Origin: Azolla caroliniana
Lineage: Eukaryota; Plantae; Polypodiophyta
DNA: 64,000 nucleotides
Direction of reading: 5' to 3'
Assembly: GCA_043228905.1 (NCBI GenBank)
Contig: JBHGNT010000001.1
Coordinates: forward strand, 25,420,001 to 25,484,000
Both the position numbers and the translations under genes were made by a program. A model generated the notes under the pieces. That model saw nothing but the letters and a program-made list of their open reading frames with translations, did no database searches and was not told the origin of the DNA. Position 1 is the first letter of the stretch; the number at the start of each line of letters is the position of its first letter. Shown here in pieces: positions 33,942 through 44,944 of the stretch.

Positions 33942-36900
33942 AACGACCTACAATCTCTCATACGCAGGTACTGAACAGAACAGAATGCTTCTTGATCTTC
34001 CGCATTAACGACCTCGCTTCCAACATCTGGTATCAGAGCGGAGGTTCGGCCGTCATCACCGCCTGCACAGCATTCGGTTCTTCACTTCATCTCGGCCTGC
34101 ACAGTATCCGCGTCATTCGAAGAAAGAGAGAAGAAGAACAAAAACGAGGTTTGCACCTCATCGCGTTAGATCCTCTTGCTTGGAGTAAGCCCACAGGTTG
34201 TACTCTCTTCCGTGTGATCGTAACCGCTCGAGGTGAAATCCCCTTGTGCATCATTGACACGATCGTGCTCCATTCGGTTAAACGGCATCCGAAGAGGTCA
34301 CCAAACGCTGCTCGTTGTAACCACTCGGTGCAGATCGGTCTCAAGACAACAACCCCAATTCGTGCTTCATCCGGCTGATCGACATTCGAGAGGATCAGTT
34401 GGATCTGTCTCTCTCGTCGCTGCAGCCACCCGAAGCAGAATCGGTCCAGATAATCGGTTTCAATTATCGGTATTCGGCATATATATCCGAAGCGAACCGG
34501 GCTCACTCCGACTCGGCAACATTCGGGAAGACCAGTCGGTTCTGTCCCTCAAGCTACCGGAGTCAATTCGAGCAAGTTCCGAAGCCGAACCGACTCGGGT
34601 TCAAATCCGACTAGAACGATATCGGGTGAGCCAACCGGCTGCACTCCAACAAGGTTCGTAGTCAACTCTGAACCGAGCTTCGTCAACCAAAACCGAATTT
34701 GATGGCATCAACATCCGGCTCGTCAGAAATGAGTCTACGAAAGTTCGATGGATCGAACTTCAACTTCTGGAAGGAACAAATGCAGGACTATCTCATAGTC
34801 AAGGGGCAAATCGACCCCATCGAAAATGAAGAACCTCCAGAAGGATACAAACCAATTGAGTGGCAGAAGCTGGACAGAATTGTCCGCGCCACGATTCGGA
34901 TGCACCTATCGGAATCGGTATACTTTACGGTGCAATCGTGTACGACAGCATTCGAACTGTGGAAAACACTGTCGGACACTTACGAAAAGAAGGTCGCCGC
35001 AACGAAGATGTTTCTGATCCGGCGCCTCTACAACTTGCGGATGAAAGAATCCGATTCGGTTCAGGCACACCTCAATGAGTACGAAAGCATCAGCTCCCAA
35101 ATCTCATCTCAGGGGACGGCAATCGAGGATGAACTCAGAGCAATGATACTCATGAGCAGCCTTCCCTCATCATGGGAAACTTTCGTCACAACTGTGTGCA
35201 ACGCGTCAACCACGGCTGTTAAATACTCCGAAGTCACGAGCGCAATCCTAACCGAAGCAGCTCGGAGAAAGTCTTTCGGCAAAGACTCAACAGAAGACGC
35301 TTATGTAGTACAAGGTTCGACAGACCGATCGAACATACGAGGAAGAGATTCCTCACGACCGCCGAACAATCAGCGAAGACGGAGCCAGTCACGGGATAAC
35401 CGAATCTGCAACTACTGCAAGAAACCCGGACACATCAAAGCCGACTGCCGCGCACTCAAGAACAAGAACAACAAGAAGAGTGGCCGGCATGAGGAGATCA
35501 ATTACGTCAGCTTCTCAGCTGATGTACTACCGGACGACCCGAATATACTATCAATCGAAAATCCAGTCGGATCAGAAGTTCTACTCACGACTGAAGAATC
35601 GAGCACATGGCTCTTAGATTCGGGCGCGTCATTTCACGTGACTCCTCATCGATCCCAATTTCGGCAATACACGATCCGTCACTCCGACTCAGTTCGGGTC
35701 GGTAACTCGCAACACTGTGACATCATCGGAATCGGCACAGTAGAGCTCAACCTTGCAGGTGGCTCTACACTTGTACTCCACAATGTCCGACATGTACCCG
35801 AGCTCTCAAGGCCATTGATCTCAGTCGGACAACTAGATGAAGACGGCATTCGTGCCGGTTTCTCTTCGGGAGGGTGGACACTCCACAGGGGGAACCTCCT
35901 GCTTGCTAGAGGACCCAAGATACACTCACTGTATCCGTTACATGTTACGCTCAGAGAGGGTAACCTGTTTTTGGTGGATATTCCTGTGTCATCACTATGG
36001 CACCGACGATTGGGACACCTCAGCAAGGCCGGCATCACGCATCTATCTAGAGCCGGATACATCCCCAAACTCTCCTTCTCCGACAATCAATTCTGCGAGC
36101 ATTGCCAGTATGGCAAACAAACCGCCGCATCACACCCGACATCCGCACCAAGAGAAACGAGACCTCTCGATTTAGTCCATTCGGACGTCTGTGGCCCAAT
36201 GCCGCATCAGTCTCTAGGCGGTGCATCTTACTTCGTCACTTTTATTGACGACTCGACTCGAAAGGTGTGGGCGTATCCAATTCGCACCAAAGATCGTGTC
36301 TTCTCGATCTTTTCAGATTGGCTCGCTATGGTGGAAAATCAAACCGACCGAAAGCTGAAATGCTTTCGGACAGACAATGGGGGAGAGTTCAAATCCGAAG
36401 AATTCGTCAAATTCTGCCGACAACGCGGCATCCGACGTGAACTTACGGCACCACACAGTCCGGAGCAAAACGGGATTGCCGAACGCATGAATCGGACAAT
36501 CCAAGAACGGTTAGTCTCCATGCTCCAACACTCCGGACTGTCGGATGGCTTCTGGGCAGAGGCTCTACTCACGGCAGTACACATAATCAATATGTCACCA
36601 AGTAGACCTCTAGGACTTCAAATTCCTCAGGAACTATGGATCGGCAGTAAGCCGAATTACGACAAGCTGAGGATCTTCGGATGCGAGGCGTACGCCCTTA
36701 TTCCGAAAGATGATCGCCGAAAACTTGCACCTCGGTCCAGGAAATGCATTTTCCTTGGATATGGATCCGACGGCGAAATGGGATACCGACTCTGGGACCC
36801 CGAACGCAGACAAATCGTTCGAAGTTCGGACGTTGTGTTCAACGAGTCGGCTATGAATCCATCAGTCGAAAAACCGATCGAAGTCCGAAGGGTAACATTT

Positions 36901-39080
36901 TCCGATGTGCCGACCCTTCAAGAAGGCCCTGCTCTCAACACACGGTCAGCTTCACGGGTAGCTGAACCTTACACTACCGACTCGGACAACCCCGACTCGG
37001 CACAGCAGAACAATCCGCTTTCGGACCATCCGACATTGATACCCGATGCGACCAGTCCAATCATACCTCGACGATCCGAGAGACTGTCGCAACCTCCGGA
37101 GAGGTATTCTCCTGGAATTTTCTTCACCGACGCCGGCGAACCGACGTCTTACGAAGAAGCATCGACATCTATCGATTCCGCCACCTGGCATCTGGCGATG
37201 GAGTCGGAAATGCACTCCATTCGGGCAAACAAGACTTGGGATCTGGTCGAATTACCTAGGAACCGACGTGCTCTTCCTTGCAAGTGGGTTTATCGACTAA
37301 AAGAGACGTCAGATTCGACCACCCCAAAGTACAAGGCCAGATTAGTTGCGAAGGGCTTCCGACAAGAATATGGCGTCGACTTCGACGAGATTTTTTCACC
37401 AGTGGTGAAAATGACAACCCTTCGTTTCCTACTCGGCGTAGTGGCAGCCGACAACTTGGAGCTGATTCAGCTAGATGTCAAAACAGCCTTCCTCCATGGT
37501 GATCTCGAGGAGGAAATTTATATGGAGCAGCCAAAAGGCTTCGTGGCAACCGGCCAAGAACATCTAGTCTGCCGACTCAGGAAGAGTCTATACGGCCTCA
37601 AACAGGCACCGCGACAATGGTACAAGAAGTTCGACGACTTCATCCAATCGATCGGCTTCTCCAAAAGCGATGAGGACCATTGTCTCTTCACCAACACAGC
37701 TCAAGATGGATCACCCATCTTCCTCATCATTTACGTGGACGACATGCTAATTTCTGGACGCCACGCGGGCGAACTTGCCGATCTCGTTCGGCAACTGCGG
37801 TTGAAGTTTGCCATGAAGGACCTCGGTCCGGCACGACACATCCTTGGCATGAAGATTAGTCGGCATCGCGATAAACGACATCTTTTTTTGTCTCAGACCG
37901 ACTATATCGGACGTGTCTTGGAACGCTTCAACATGCAATCAGCCAAATCTGCTTCAACCCCGCTCCCCATGAATCTTCGGCTCTCTCAGCGAGACTGCCC
38001 GACATCCGGTCCGGAGGGGGAAGATATGAAGTCGGTACCGTATGCACCGGCAGTCGGCTCCCTTATGTACCTGATGGTCGCGACACGGCCTGATATTTCT
38101 CATGCCGTAGGAGTCGTTAGCAGATTTATGCACAATCCTGGCCGATCGCATTGGAACGCAGTCAAGCATGTGTTCAGATATCTGGCTGGCACAAAAGACC
38201 ACGGCATTCTTTTCGGTCCGAACCGAACCTCAGGCGTAGTCGGTTACACCGACTCGGACTTCGCCGGCTGTATAGACAGTCGGAAATCTACAACCGGATA
38301 CTGCTTCAAATTCGGCAATGGAGCAATCTCGTGGAAGTCGAAACTTCAGGAGTGCACAGCGACCTCAACGACCGAAGCAGAATATGTAGCTGCGTCCGAC
38401 GCAGCAAAAGAAGCGTTATGGCTCGGTCGGCTGGCGCACACGTTTCGACAAGTCGACCATGACTCGGCTCGAGTTGTCTACAGCGACAGTCAAGGTGCTG
38501 TTGCCTTGTCGAAAAATCCGGTTCACCACAACGCCTCCAAACATATCGACGTTCGATATCACTTCGTTCGGGACTGCGTCATTTCAGGGAAAATCGGTCT
38601 AGAGAAAATATCCACAACCGACAACGTCGCAGATGGAATGACCAAATGTCTTTCGGCAGACCGTTTTCGGTCTCTTCGGCATCAGATGGGCGTAACGACA
38701 AACCAGTTCGGTTAGAGCCGGACACAGAGCAGGATGGTTCCCGACAACCGACATCAGTTCCTCAATGATCGGCTTCAACTGTTCCGACCCGACCAGTTCG
38801 GTCTTCTGCCTTCGGACCCTGCCGACTCGGACAAAGCTGATATGTCCGAGAACCTAAGTCTATACCTGTAATCTTAGATAACCCATGTATACGCCCATTA
38901 CGGGGGAGTGTCGAATACATGTGTATAATGGACGTATTCACACTATCCCGTTTTGGCCATTTATGTAATTAGCATAAAGGGTAGTTGCCCTAAGTCGGTC
39001 ACTATATATAGTGACCTTGTAACCTCTTTGTGGGGTTGGTTGTTGTATTCTTTGTTTATGCAATAAGAAAGTCTTTTGTG

Positions 39081-39111
<31 letters not shown>

Positions 39112-39195
39112 AACGACCTACAATCTCTCATACGCAGGTACTGAACAGAACAGAATGCTTCTTGATCTTCCGCATTAACGACCTCGCTTCCAACA
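33737..39195 (+). mobile_element. Copia-E: intact, very recent Ty1/copia (Tnt1/Tork-like)
   Basis: LTRs 33737-34025 and 38909-39195 identical except one TC unit; TSD ATTAT; PBS tggtatcagagc 34028-34039; PPT gggggag 38902-38908. Confidence 0.97.
34702..38715 (+). CDS. Copia-E gag-pol polyprotein (~1337 aa)
   Basis: Single open frame: CNYCKKPGHIKADC, LDSGAS, HHCC/DDE integrase, QLDVKTAFLHG, YVDD, RNase H YTDSD..EAEY..KHID..ADGMTK. Confidence 0.97.
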   Translation: MASTSGSSEMSLRKFDGSNFNFWKEQMQDYLIVKGQIDPIENEEPPEGYKPIEWQKLDRIVRATIRMHLSESVYFTVQSCTTAFELWKTLSDTYEKKVAATKMFLIRRLYNLRMKESDSVQAHLNEYESISSQISSQGTAIEDELRAMILMSSLPSSWETFVTTVCNASTTAVKYSEVTSAILTEAARRKSFGKDSTEDAYVVQGSTDRSNIRGRDSSRPPNNQRRRSQSRDNRICNYCKKPGHIKADCRALKNKNNKKSGRHEEINYVSFSADVLPDDPNILSIENPVGSEVLLTTEESSTWLLDSGASFHVTPHRSQFRQYTIRHSDSVRVGNSQHCDIIGIGTVELNLAGGSTLVLHNVRHVPELSRPLISVGQLDEDGIRAGFSSGGWTLHRGNLLLARGPKIHSLYPLHVTLREGNLFLVDIPVSSLWHRRLGHLSKAGITHLSRAGYIPKLSFSDNQFCEHCQYGKQTAASHPTSAPRETRPLDLVHSDVCGPMPHQSLGGASYFVTFIDDSTRKVWAYPIRTKDRVFSIFSDWLAMVENQTDRKLKCFRTDNGGEFKSEEFVKFCRQRGIRRELTAPHSPEQNGIAERMNRTIQERLVSMLQHSGLSDGFWAEALLTAVHIINMSPSRPLGLQIPQELWIGSKPNYDKLRIFGCEAYALIPKDDRRKLAPRSRKCIFLGYGSDGEMGYRLWDPERRQIVRSSDVVFNESAMNPSVEKPIEVRRVTFSDVPTLQEGPALNTRSASRVAEPYTTDSDNPDSAQQNNPLSDHPTLIPDATSPIIPRRSERLSQPPERYSPGIFFTDAGEPTSYEEASTSIDSATWHLAMESEMHSIRANKTWDLVELPRNRRALPCKWVYRLKETSDSTTPKYKARLVAKGFRQEYGVDFDEIFSPVVKMTTLRFLLGVVAADNLELIQLDVKTAFLHGDLEEEIYMEQPKGFVATGQEHLVCRLRKSLYGLKQAPRQWYKKFDDFIQSIGFSKSDEDHCLFTNTAQDGSPIFLIIYVDDMLISGRHAGELADLVRQLRLKFAMKDLGPARHILGMKISRHRDKRHLFLSQTDYIGRVLERFNMQSAKSASTPLPMNLRLSQRDCPTSGPEGEDMKSVPYAPAVGSLMYLMVATRPDISHAVGVVSRFMHNPGRSHWNAVKHVFRYLAGTKDHGILFGPNRTSGVVGYTDSDFAGCIDSRKSTTGYCFKFGNGAISWKSKLQECTATSTTEAEYVAASDAAKEALWLGRLAHTFRQVDHDSARVVYSDSQGAVALSKNPVHHNASKHIDVRYHFVRDCVISGKIGLEKISTTDNVADGMTKCLSADRFRSLRHQMGVTTNQFG

Positions 39196-39223
39196 ATTAT
39201 GTGGTCATGCCCATAACACTATG

Positions 39224-39413
39224 TGTCGAATACGGGTGTATAATGGATGTATTCACACTGTCCCACTCAGACATACTAGGTTTAGGACAATTACGGTAAT
39301 ATGTCAAAGGACAGTTGCTCTAGCCTAGTTGATATATGACTAGCTTTGTAACCTAGTTTATGAGGATATTAGTTGTTGCCACTTTGAATAATACACTTTA
39401 TACGTTTGTGCCT

Positions 39414-39457
<44 letters not shown>

Positions 39458-39544
39458 GACCTTGATTCAAGCTTGAGTTGTCTTGTTCTTCTTTTTATCG
39501 AATATGTTCATATTCTACTGTCATCAACTTGGTGTCCTTCAACA
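39224..39544 (+). mobile_element. Probable old solo LTR of the Copia-D/E group
   Basis: Begins tgtcgaatacgggtgtataatggatgtattcacact like the D/E LTRs, contains a (TC)n tract, ends caaca; no PBS/PPT and no matching TSD. Confidence 0.7.
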
Positions 39545-40871
39545 CATACATGTTGTTTCTGTTGAGATGGGATCGTAGATTTGTGAGAAAGATATGTAGA
39601 AATACACGACTAGGAATAGAAAACAACAAATCAACAAGATATGCACAGTACAGAGACAACACAAATTTTACGGGGAAAGCCCTAAACGGGAAAAACCACG
39701 AGAGAACATATCTTCACTCCTTCTAAGTCCAATAAAGGTGTACTATTCTGATACAATTTTACAAGTTTGTGAAAGATGAACATAATATATAACCCTTTCT
39801 TCCCCATTGCCTTTGTTGTTGGGGATGTTATGAGCCAAAAGCAACACAATGGTTCTTGCAATTGTCCCTAGGTGGGCACTTAACTTTCGTTAAATTTACA
39901 TCATTGTGTTTGCATTTACCACATGTTTCATTTTCATCTCTTATGTATTGTGGATCATGTTTTCCCCTACTATCATTTTATTAACCATCAATCCCCTTGA
40001 AACATTTGTTCCAAATCTTAGCGCTTACCTTTTGAGCTATGTTTTGATTGTTCCATTGATCGTCTCCTTCTTACTTTTTCTCCCAATGTTCACTTCAACC
40101 TGATTCTCGACCTCATGAGAAACTTGACATCTTAGTGTTTTCCCTTTTTGCATCTGCCACATCACATCAACAATAACTTGGTTATTATAGTGTGAGTGTA
40201 TGTATATACCACCTTGTAACGATGTCGATCTCTTAGGTAATACAAATGGTAGTTGCATAAGGTGGACAAGTTGGTTACAACCAACAATGAGCCTCATGAA
40301 AGACCAATTCTCTTATGACTAAAGTCCATAAATGTTATATGATGTCTTCTTCTCAAGAGGTCTTTGATTTTCCAAAATATAAACCCAAAAACATTGTAAA
40401 CACATATTTTTTGTCTTGAAATAACTACTCATGGGTTTTTTTATTCATACAAATGGGCATGTCATTCTCTACAAGTTTGTAGATTAACGCAAAATCAAAT
40501 TTGTTGAATCAATCATTTAAATTTTAGGAGATTCTTTGGGCATGAGTCCAAAAACAAGTTAGGGAAAACATTTTTTCTCAATTTTATCAAAAATAATTTT
40601 GATCTATAGTAGCAATTAAGAAAACAATTAATCACGAGAATAATGCATGGGATCTCCAAACCAAGCAAAGCATGACTCCAGAAGGGTAGTTGGCGGGACA
40701 TCTGACAAACAACTACAAGTGATCCATCCATTCTTGGAAGCAAGTAACAATTGTTCATTACTCAAGCCAATTTGGCTTATGGACTACTTGTTGGATTTTA
40801 CCAAAGGTAGCATTAATCATCTTCATAGGAGTCAAGCATGTAACATTGCTTTTAAGGGGGGTTAGTAAGAT

Positions 40872-41322
40872 TAACAATCGGCAATGGTTCGATTTGAACC
40901 AAATCGAACCGTGAAAATGCGGCTTAACAGTTTAAACGATTCAGTTCGGTTCAGGTTTGGGTTTTTTTTAACGGTTCGGTTCGGTTTCAATGGTTCGAAA
41001 CCGTAGTTTAAACGGTTTAACGTTGTTTTATTTATTTTTTAAATAAAAAATTGTTTTTAAATAATCTTTTCATTTTCATGCCTTTTTCTCAATTTTAGGA
41101 AAAACTTTAAAATTTAAATAATGAAATATTTTAAAATTTAAAATTTAAAATTTGACCTAAGCTAAAAACTGAAACCGCGGTTTTACCAGTTTAATGGCGT
41201 AACGGTTTGAAATTTTTTTAATGGTTCGGTTTAACGGTTTCGTGGTTCGGTTCAAGTTTCAAAAAATTTAAACGGTTTGGTTTGTACCCTCTCGAACCAA
41301 ACCAAACCGTTGCCAATTGTTA
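40872..41322. mobile_element. hAT-like MITE just upstream of the LRR receptor gene
   Basis: Imperfect ~25-bp TIRs (taacaatcggcaatggttcgatttg / caaaccaaaccgttgccaattgtta); flanks agtaagat/gttaagat (8 bp, 6 match); many subterminal AACCG/CGGTT motifs; AT-rich core. Confidence 0.75.
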
Positions 41323-41536
41323 GTTAAGATCTCAGAAGGTATGTAATAGACTAGGTCCACCACCTTAAAAGGCACATTTTGATGGTTCTATCTTTTAGAT
41401 ATTGATAAAGAAACAGTATAAAAAAGGCACGACATCACTACTAAATTTCCTCTTTCTCCTCACTACTTCTACTCTTTTCTAAGACATTAAATCTTTTGTG
41501 GAAGATCAAGTGTTGATTTCATTCATTCATCGTATC

Positions 41537-44500
41537 ATGGATTCTTCAACTCCTACTACTAGAGTTGCACTTAAACCACCTTTATTAATCTTGCATTTCT
41601 CATGTCTTCTTCTTTTTCTCTCCAATTCAAGTGTTATCAGAACGTCATTTGCTCCACAAGGTGAGGCAGACATGTTTAAGAACAAAACATTAGCTTTGAT
41701 TTTTTTCTTTGTCTAAATTCTAATATAAATTGTTGAATTAGGTTCTCTATTGATGTCAAGAAATCACCAAAGGAATGCCTTGATTGCCCTAAGGAATTCA
41801 CTCGAATTGCGCAACCCAGATATACAATTGGTCCTTCATGATTGGGCAACAAATATTTCATCTCCAGAATATATAACAAATGACTATTGTAATTGGGTTG
41901 GAGTTCGTTGTGACGATGCCTCAAGTGTTACAACCATCAACCTTACAAACCTTGGGTTACAAGGCCCACTTCCCCAACATGTTTTCCCATCCTTTTACTC
42001 CCTCACTCAATTATACCTCTCATTCAATAACTTCTCACAAAGCATCCCCATAGACCTGGGGAATTGTACTAACCTTGAAGAATTGGATCTCTCTCACAAT
42101 AGTCTGTCTTCCACCATACCCTTGGAGCTCATCAAAGCTTTGCCCAACGTGGTTCAAATTGATCTTTCCTCTAATAGCCTAAGTGGGAACATCGACTTTG
42201 AGATGTTTTCCCAAAATTTGACGTCTCTCATGTTCCTTAATCTTTCCAATAACCTCTTCAGTGGGCACATTCCTTTTGGGTTTTCATCCACTCTTATTGT
42301 GCTTGACCTTTCAAACAATTTCTTTGATGGGTCCTTGACAACTCAAGCATCAATAGGGGCAATGATGATGAATCTACAAGTCCTAAAACTAGGTACAAAC
42401 CAATTGGTCGGTGAAATACCACATAAATTGTTCACCACATGTGGAGCTAGTTTTCAAGAACTCGACTTATCATGGAATTTGTTATGGGGAACAATTCCAT
42501 CAACACTTGGGAATTGTAGGTCATTAGAGGTGTTGAGTTTGTCAAGGAACAAGCTAAGTGGGAATGTACCACATGAACTAGGAAAGCTAACAACATTGAG
42601 GAGTTTGATACTAGGGGACAATAACTTGATTGACCTACCCTACGAATTGAGGAAGCTCAAGTCCCTAGTATATTTAGATGTGAAACGGAACAAGTTAAGC
42701 GGAAGCATACCAACATTTCTCGGGAACATGGGCCAAGGTGCGTTGTTGGAATATGTGTGGCTAAATGGGAACAACTTGACAGGGGTGGTAGAGGAATGGA
42801 TGTTTCAAAAACTAAGCAAACTTAGGTATATCGATCTTAGCAACAATGGATTAAAAGGAGGGTTAACGCCAATAATGGGGGGATTAGGGTCTTTAGAATA
42901 CTTGATACTGGCACACAATCAATTTACCGGGGGAATACCAGACGATATCGGGGGCCTCAAGGGGCTAAAGGTGCTAGATGTGGCGAACAATGAGTTGAAC
43001 GGTACAATAGCATCAGAGTTGGGAAGTCTCGAGAGCTTATCTTTCTTCGATGCCACCAACAACAACCTATCGGGTCCCATTCCGAACATGATCGGTGGAC
43101 ATCGAGCCCCATCTGACACCACGCCCACACTTGTCCCCGACTACGCGGGCGACTGTTCTCCGTTACGCCGTTGGTTTCCGGCCGACGATCTTCCGGCCGA
43201 CAACATGGACTACCAATCGTGTGCACGAATGTGGAACCGACTGATGTCCGGCGGCTTTGATGGGCCGGGGTGCACGTATTATTATTCCTTGGTGCACCTC
43301 TCTCACAACATGCTGACGGGTTCAATCCCGGGCGAGCTACCGGCTGCCACGTCTTCGCTACTCCTGGACAACAACCGCCTGTCGGGGGCGGTCCCAGAGA
43401 GCTTATACCATCTGCCATTGCTCCACCTCAGCCTATCCCACAACAGCCTGGACGGGAATCTGAGTGCCGGACTCGGCAACCTGTCGTGCCTCACGACCCT
43501 CGATCTGTCGGCCAACAATTTCTCGGGTCCCATTCCTGCAGAGATGCAGAATCTGGTGCATCTGTCGGCACTCAATCTTTCCTTCAACCCTCTCCTCGCA
43601 GGGCCCATCCCCTCCGCCGGCCCATTCGCTTCCTCGCCTCCCTCCTCCTTTTTGGGCGATCTCAATCTCTGCTTCAACCGAAGCAGCACGCAGGAGCCTG
43701 CACACTCTGCATCCACGCCCCCTTCTTGTTCCCACGCCATCGCTCCCACCCCTTCGCCTTCGCCGCTCTATTCCCACCACGGCTCCAACCGCCGGGCCGT
43801 CATGCTCGTCGCCATTGTCTCCGCATCCACCGTTTTGCTGGTTGTTGCCCTTCCCATTCGCAGAATATCATCGTGCTGTGATCTCAGCATCCTTCGCACA
43901 AACCATCGCTACAGATCTTCTCGTAATGCCGGCACGGAATCCCTCTCCCTCATCAGCAGGCGCAGCTCAATGGAGAAAGAGAAATGGACAGTAGAGATGT
44001 TCGACAAACGTGGCCGTGGCGGCGGCGCCCTCTCCTATTCTGACCTACGTTTAGCCACTGGGAACTTCGATTCGAAATCCATTGTGGGGAGAGGAAGCAG
44101 TAGCGTGGTGTACAAAGCCGATCTGGGCAGAGGCGTGGAGATCTGCGTGAAGAGAGTGACGCTGAGCGGCCATGGCGATGTCTTCCTTTCGCAAGTCCGC
44201 CGAGCGGCGGTGCTCCGACACTCACATCTGGTCCCTGTGTTGGGATGCCTGCACCATGGCTCTGAGCACCTGATCCTGCTCCGTTTCATGCGTAACGGCA
44301 CCCTGCAGGAGCTACTCCATGGCGCAGCCGCCACATCTGATGATGATGCTTTGGATTGGCCGCGCTGCCTCCGCATCGCGAGCGGAATGGCGAAGGCCAT
44401 GGCGTTTCTGCACAGACAGAACATGGTCCATGGCAACCTCAAGCCCAGCAATGTGCTCTTGGACCACCTCTTCGAAGCGCACTTGTCCGACTACTGTGGG

Positions 44501-44944
44501 TTCCATCGTGTGAATCCGGCGGCAGTGCGGCCGGATGGCGGCTCGTGGACGGCCATGGCATCGCCCAACCCGTATGCGCCACCGGAGGCGGGAAACGAGA
44601 GCCAAGACGGGACGGCCGAGGGAGACGTGTATAGCTTCGGGGTGCTATTGCTCGAGATGGTCACGAGGTGGAGGGGCTTGAACAACCCCGACAACACGCG
44701 ACAAATGGTGGAGTTGGCGAGGAATGCGTGGCACAAGAGGTGGGTAGAGGAGGCCGTGGATCCCAGGATGAGCGCCACTTGCGGCGACACACGGCAGCTC
44801 GTAGCCTGCCTCGAGGTGGCGGTCGCATGCACCGCTGACGTAGCGGCCCACCGGCCTTCCATGGACATCGTGGCTCAAGCGCTCCACCAGCTCATCCTAT
44901 CCATGGAGAATCTCCCCCCTCGTATTCATGCTTCCTCGGCTTAG
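41537..44944 (+). CDS. LRR receptor-like kinase, NILR1 (At1g74360)-like, with island domain and degenerate kinase; exons 41537-41660 and 41742-44944 (~1108 aa)
   Basis: Signal-peptide exon joined in frame by an 81-bp GT-AG intron; CNWVGVRC cap; plant LRR repeats; island CSPLRRWFPAD..SCARMWNRLMSG; TM segment VMLVAIVSASTVLLVVALPI; kinase-fold C-terminus. Confidence 0.9.

Larger units (their letters stand above)
33293..39218 (-). repeat. Gypsy-0 5' LTR, split by Copia-E (33293-33736 and 39201-39218)
   Basis: Aligns with 714-1168; the final gtggtcatgcccataaca resumes after the TSD. Confidence 0.9.

Noticed and set aside
39551-39870. Possible additional decayed LTR (tgttg.. with ggggaaagccc..gggaaaaaccacg)
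   Set aside because: No partner LTR, PBS, PPT or TSD could be defined.
41750-41755. ORF-track start of the LRR receptor
   Set aside because: It gives no signal peptide; an upstream exon at 41537-41660 splices in frame and supplies one.
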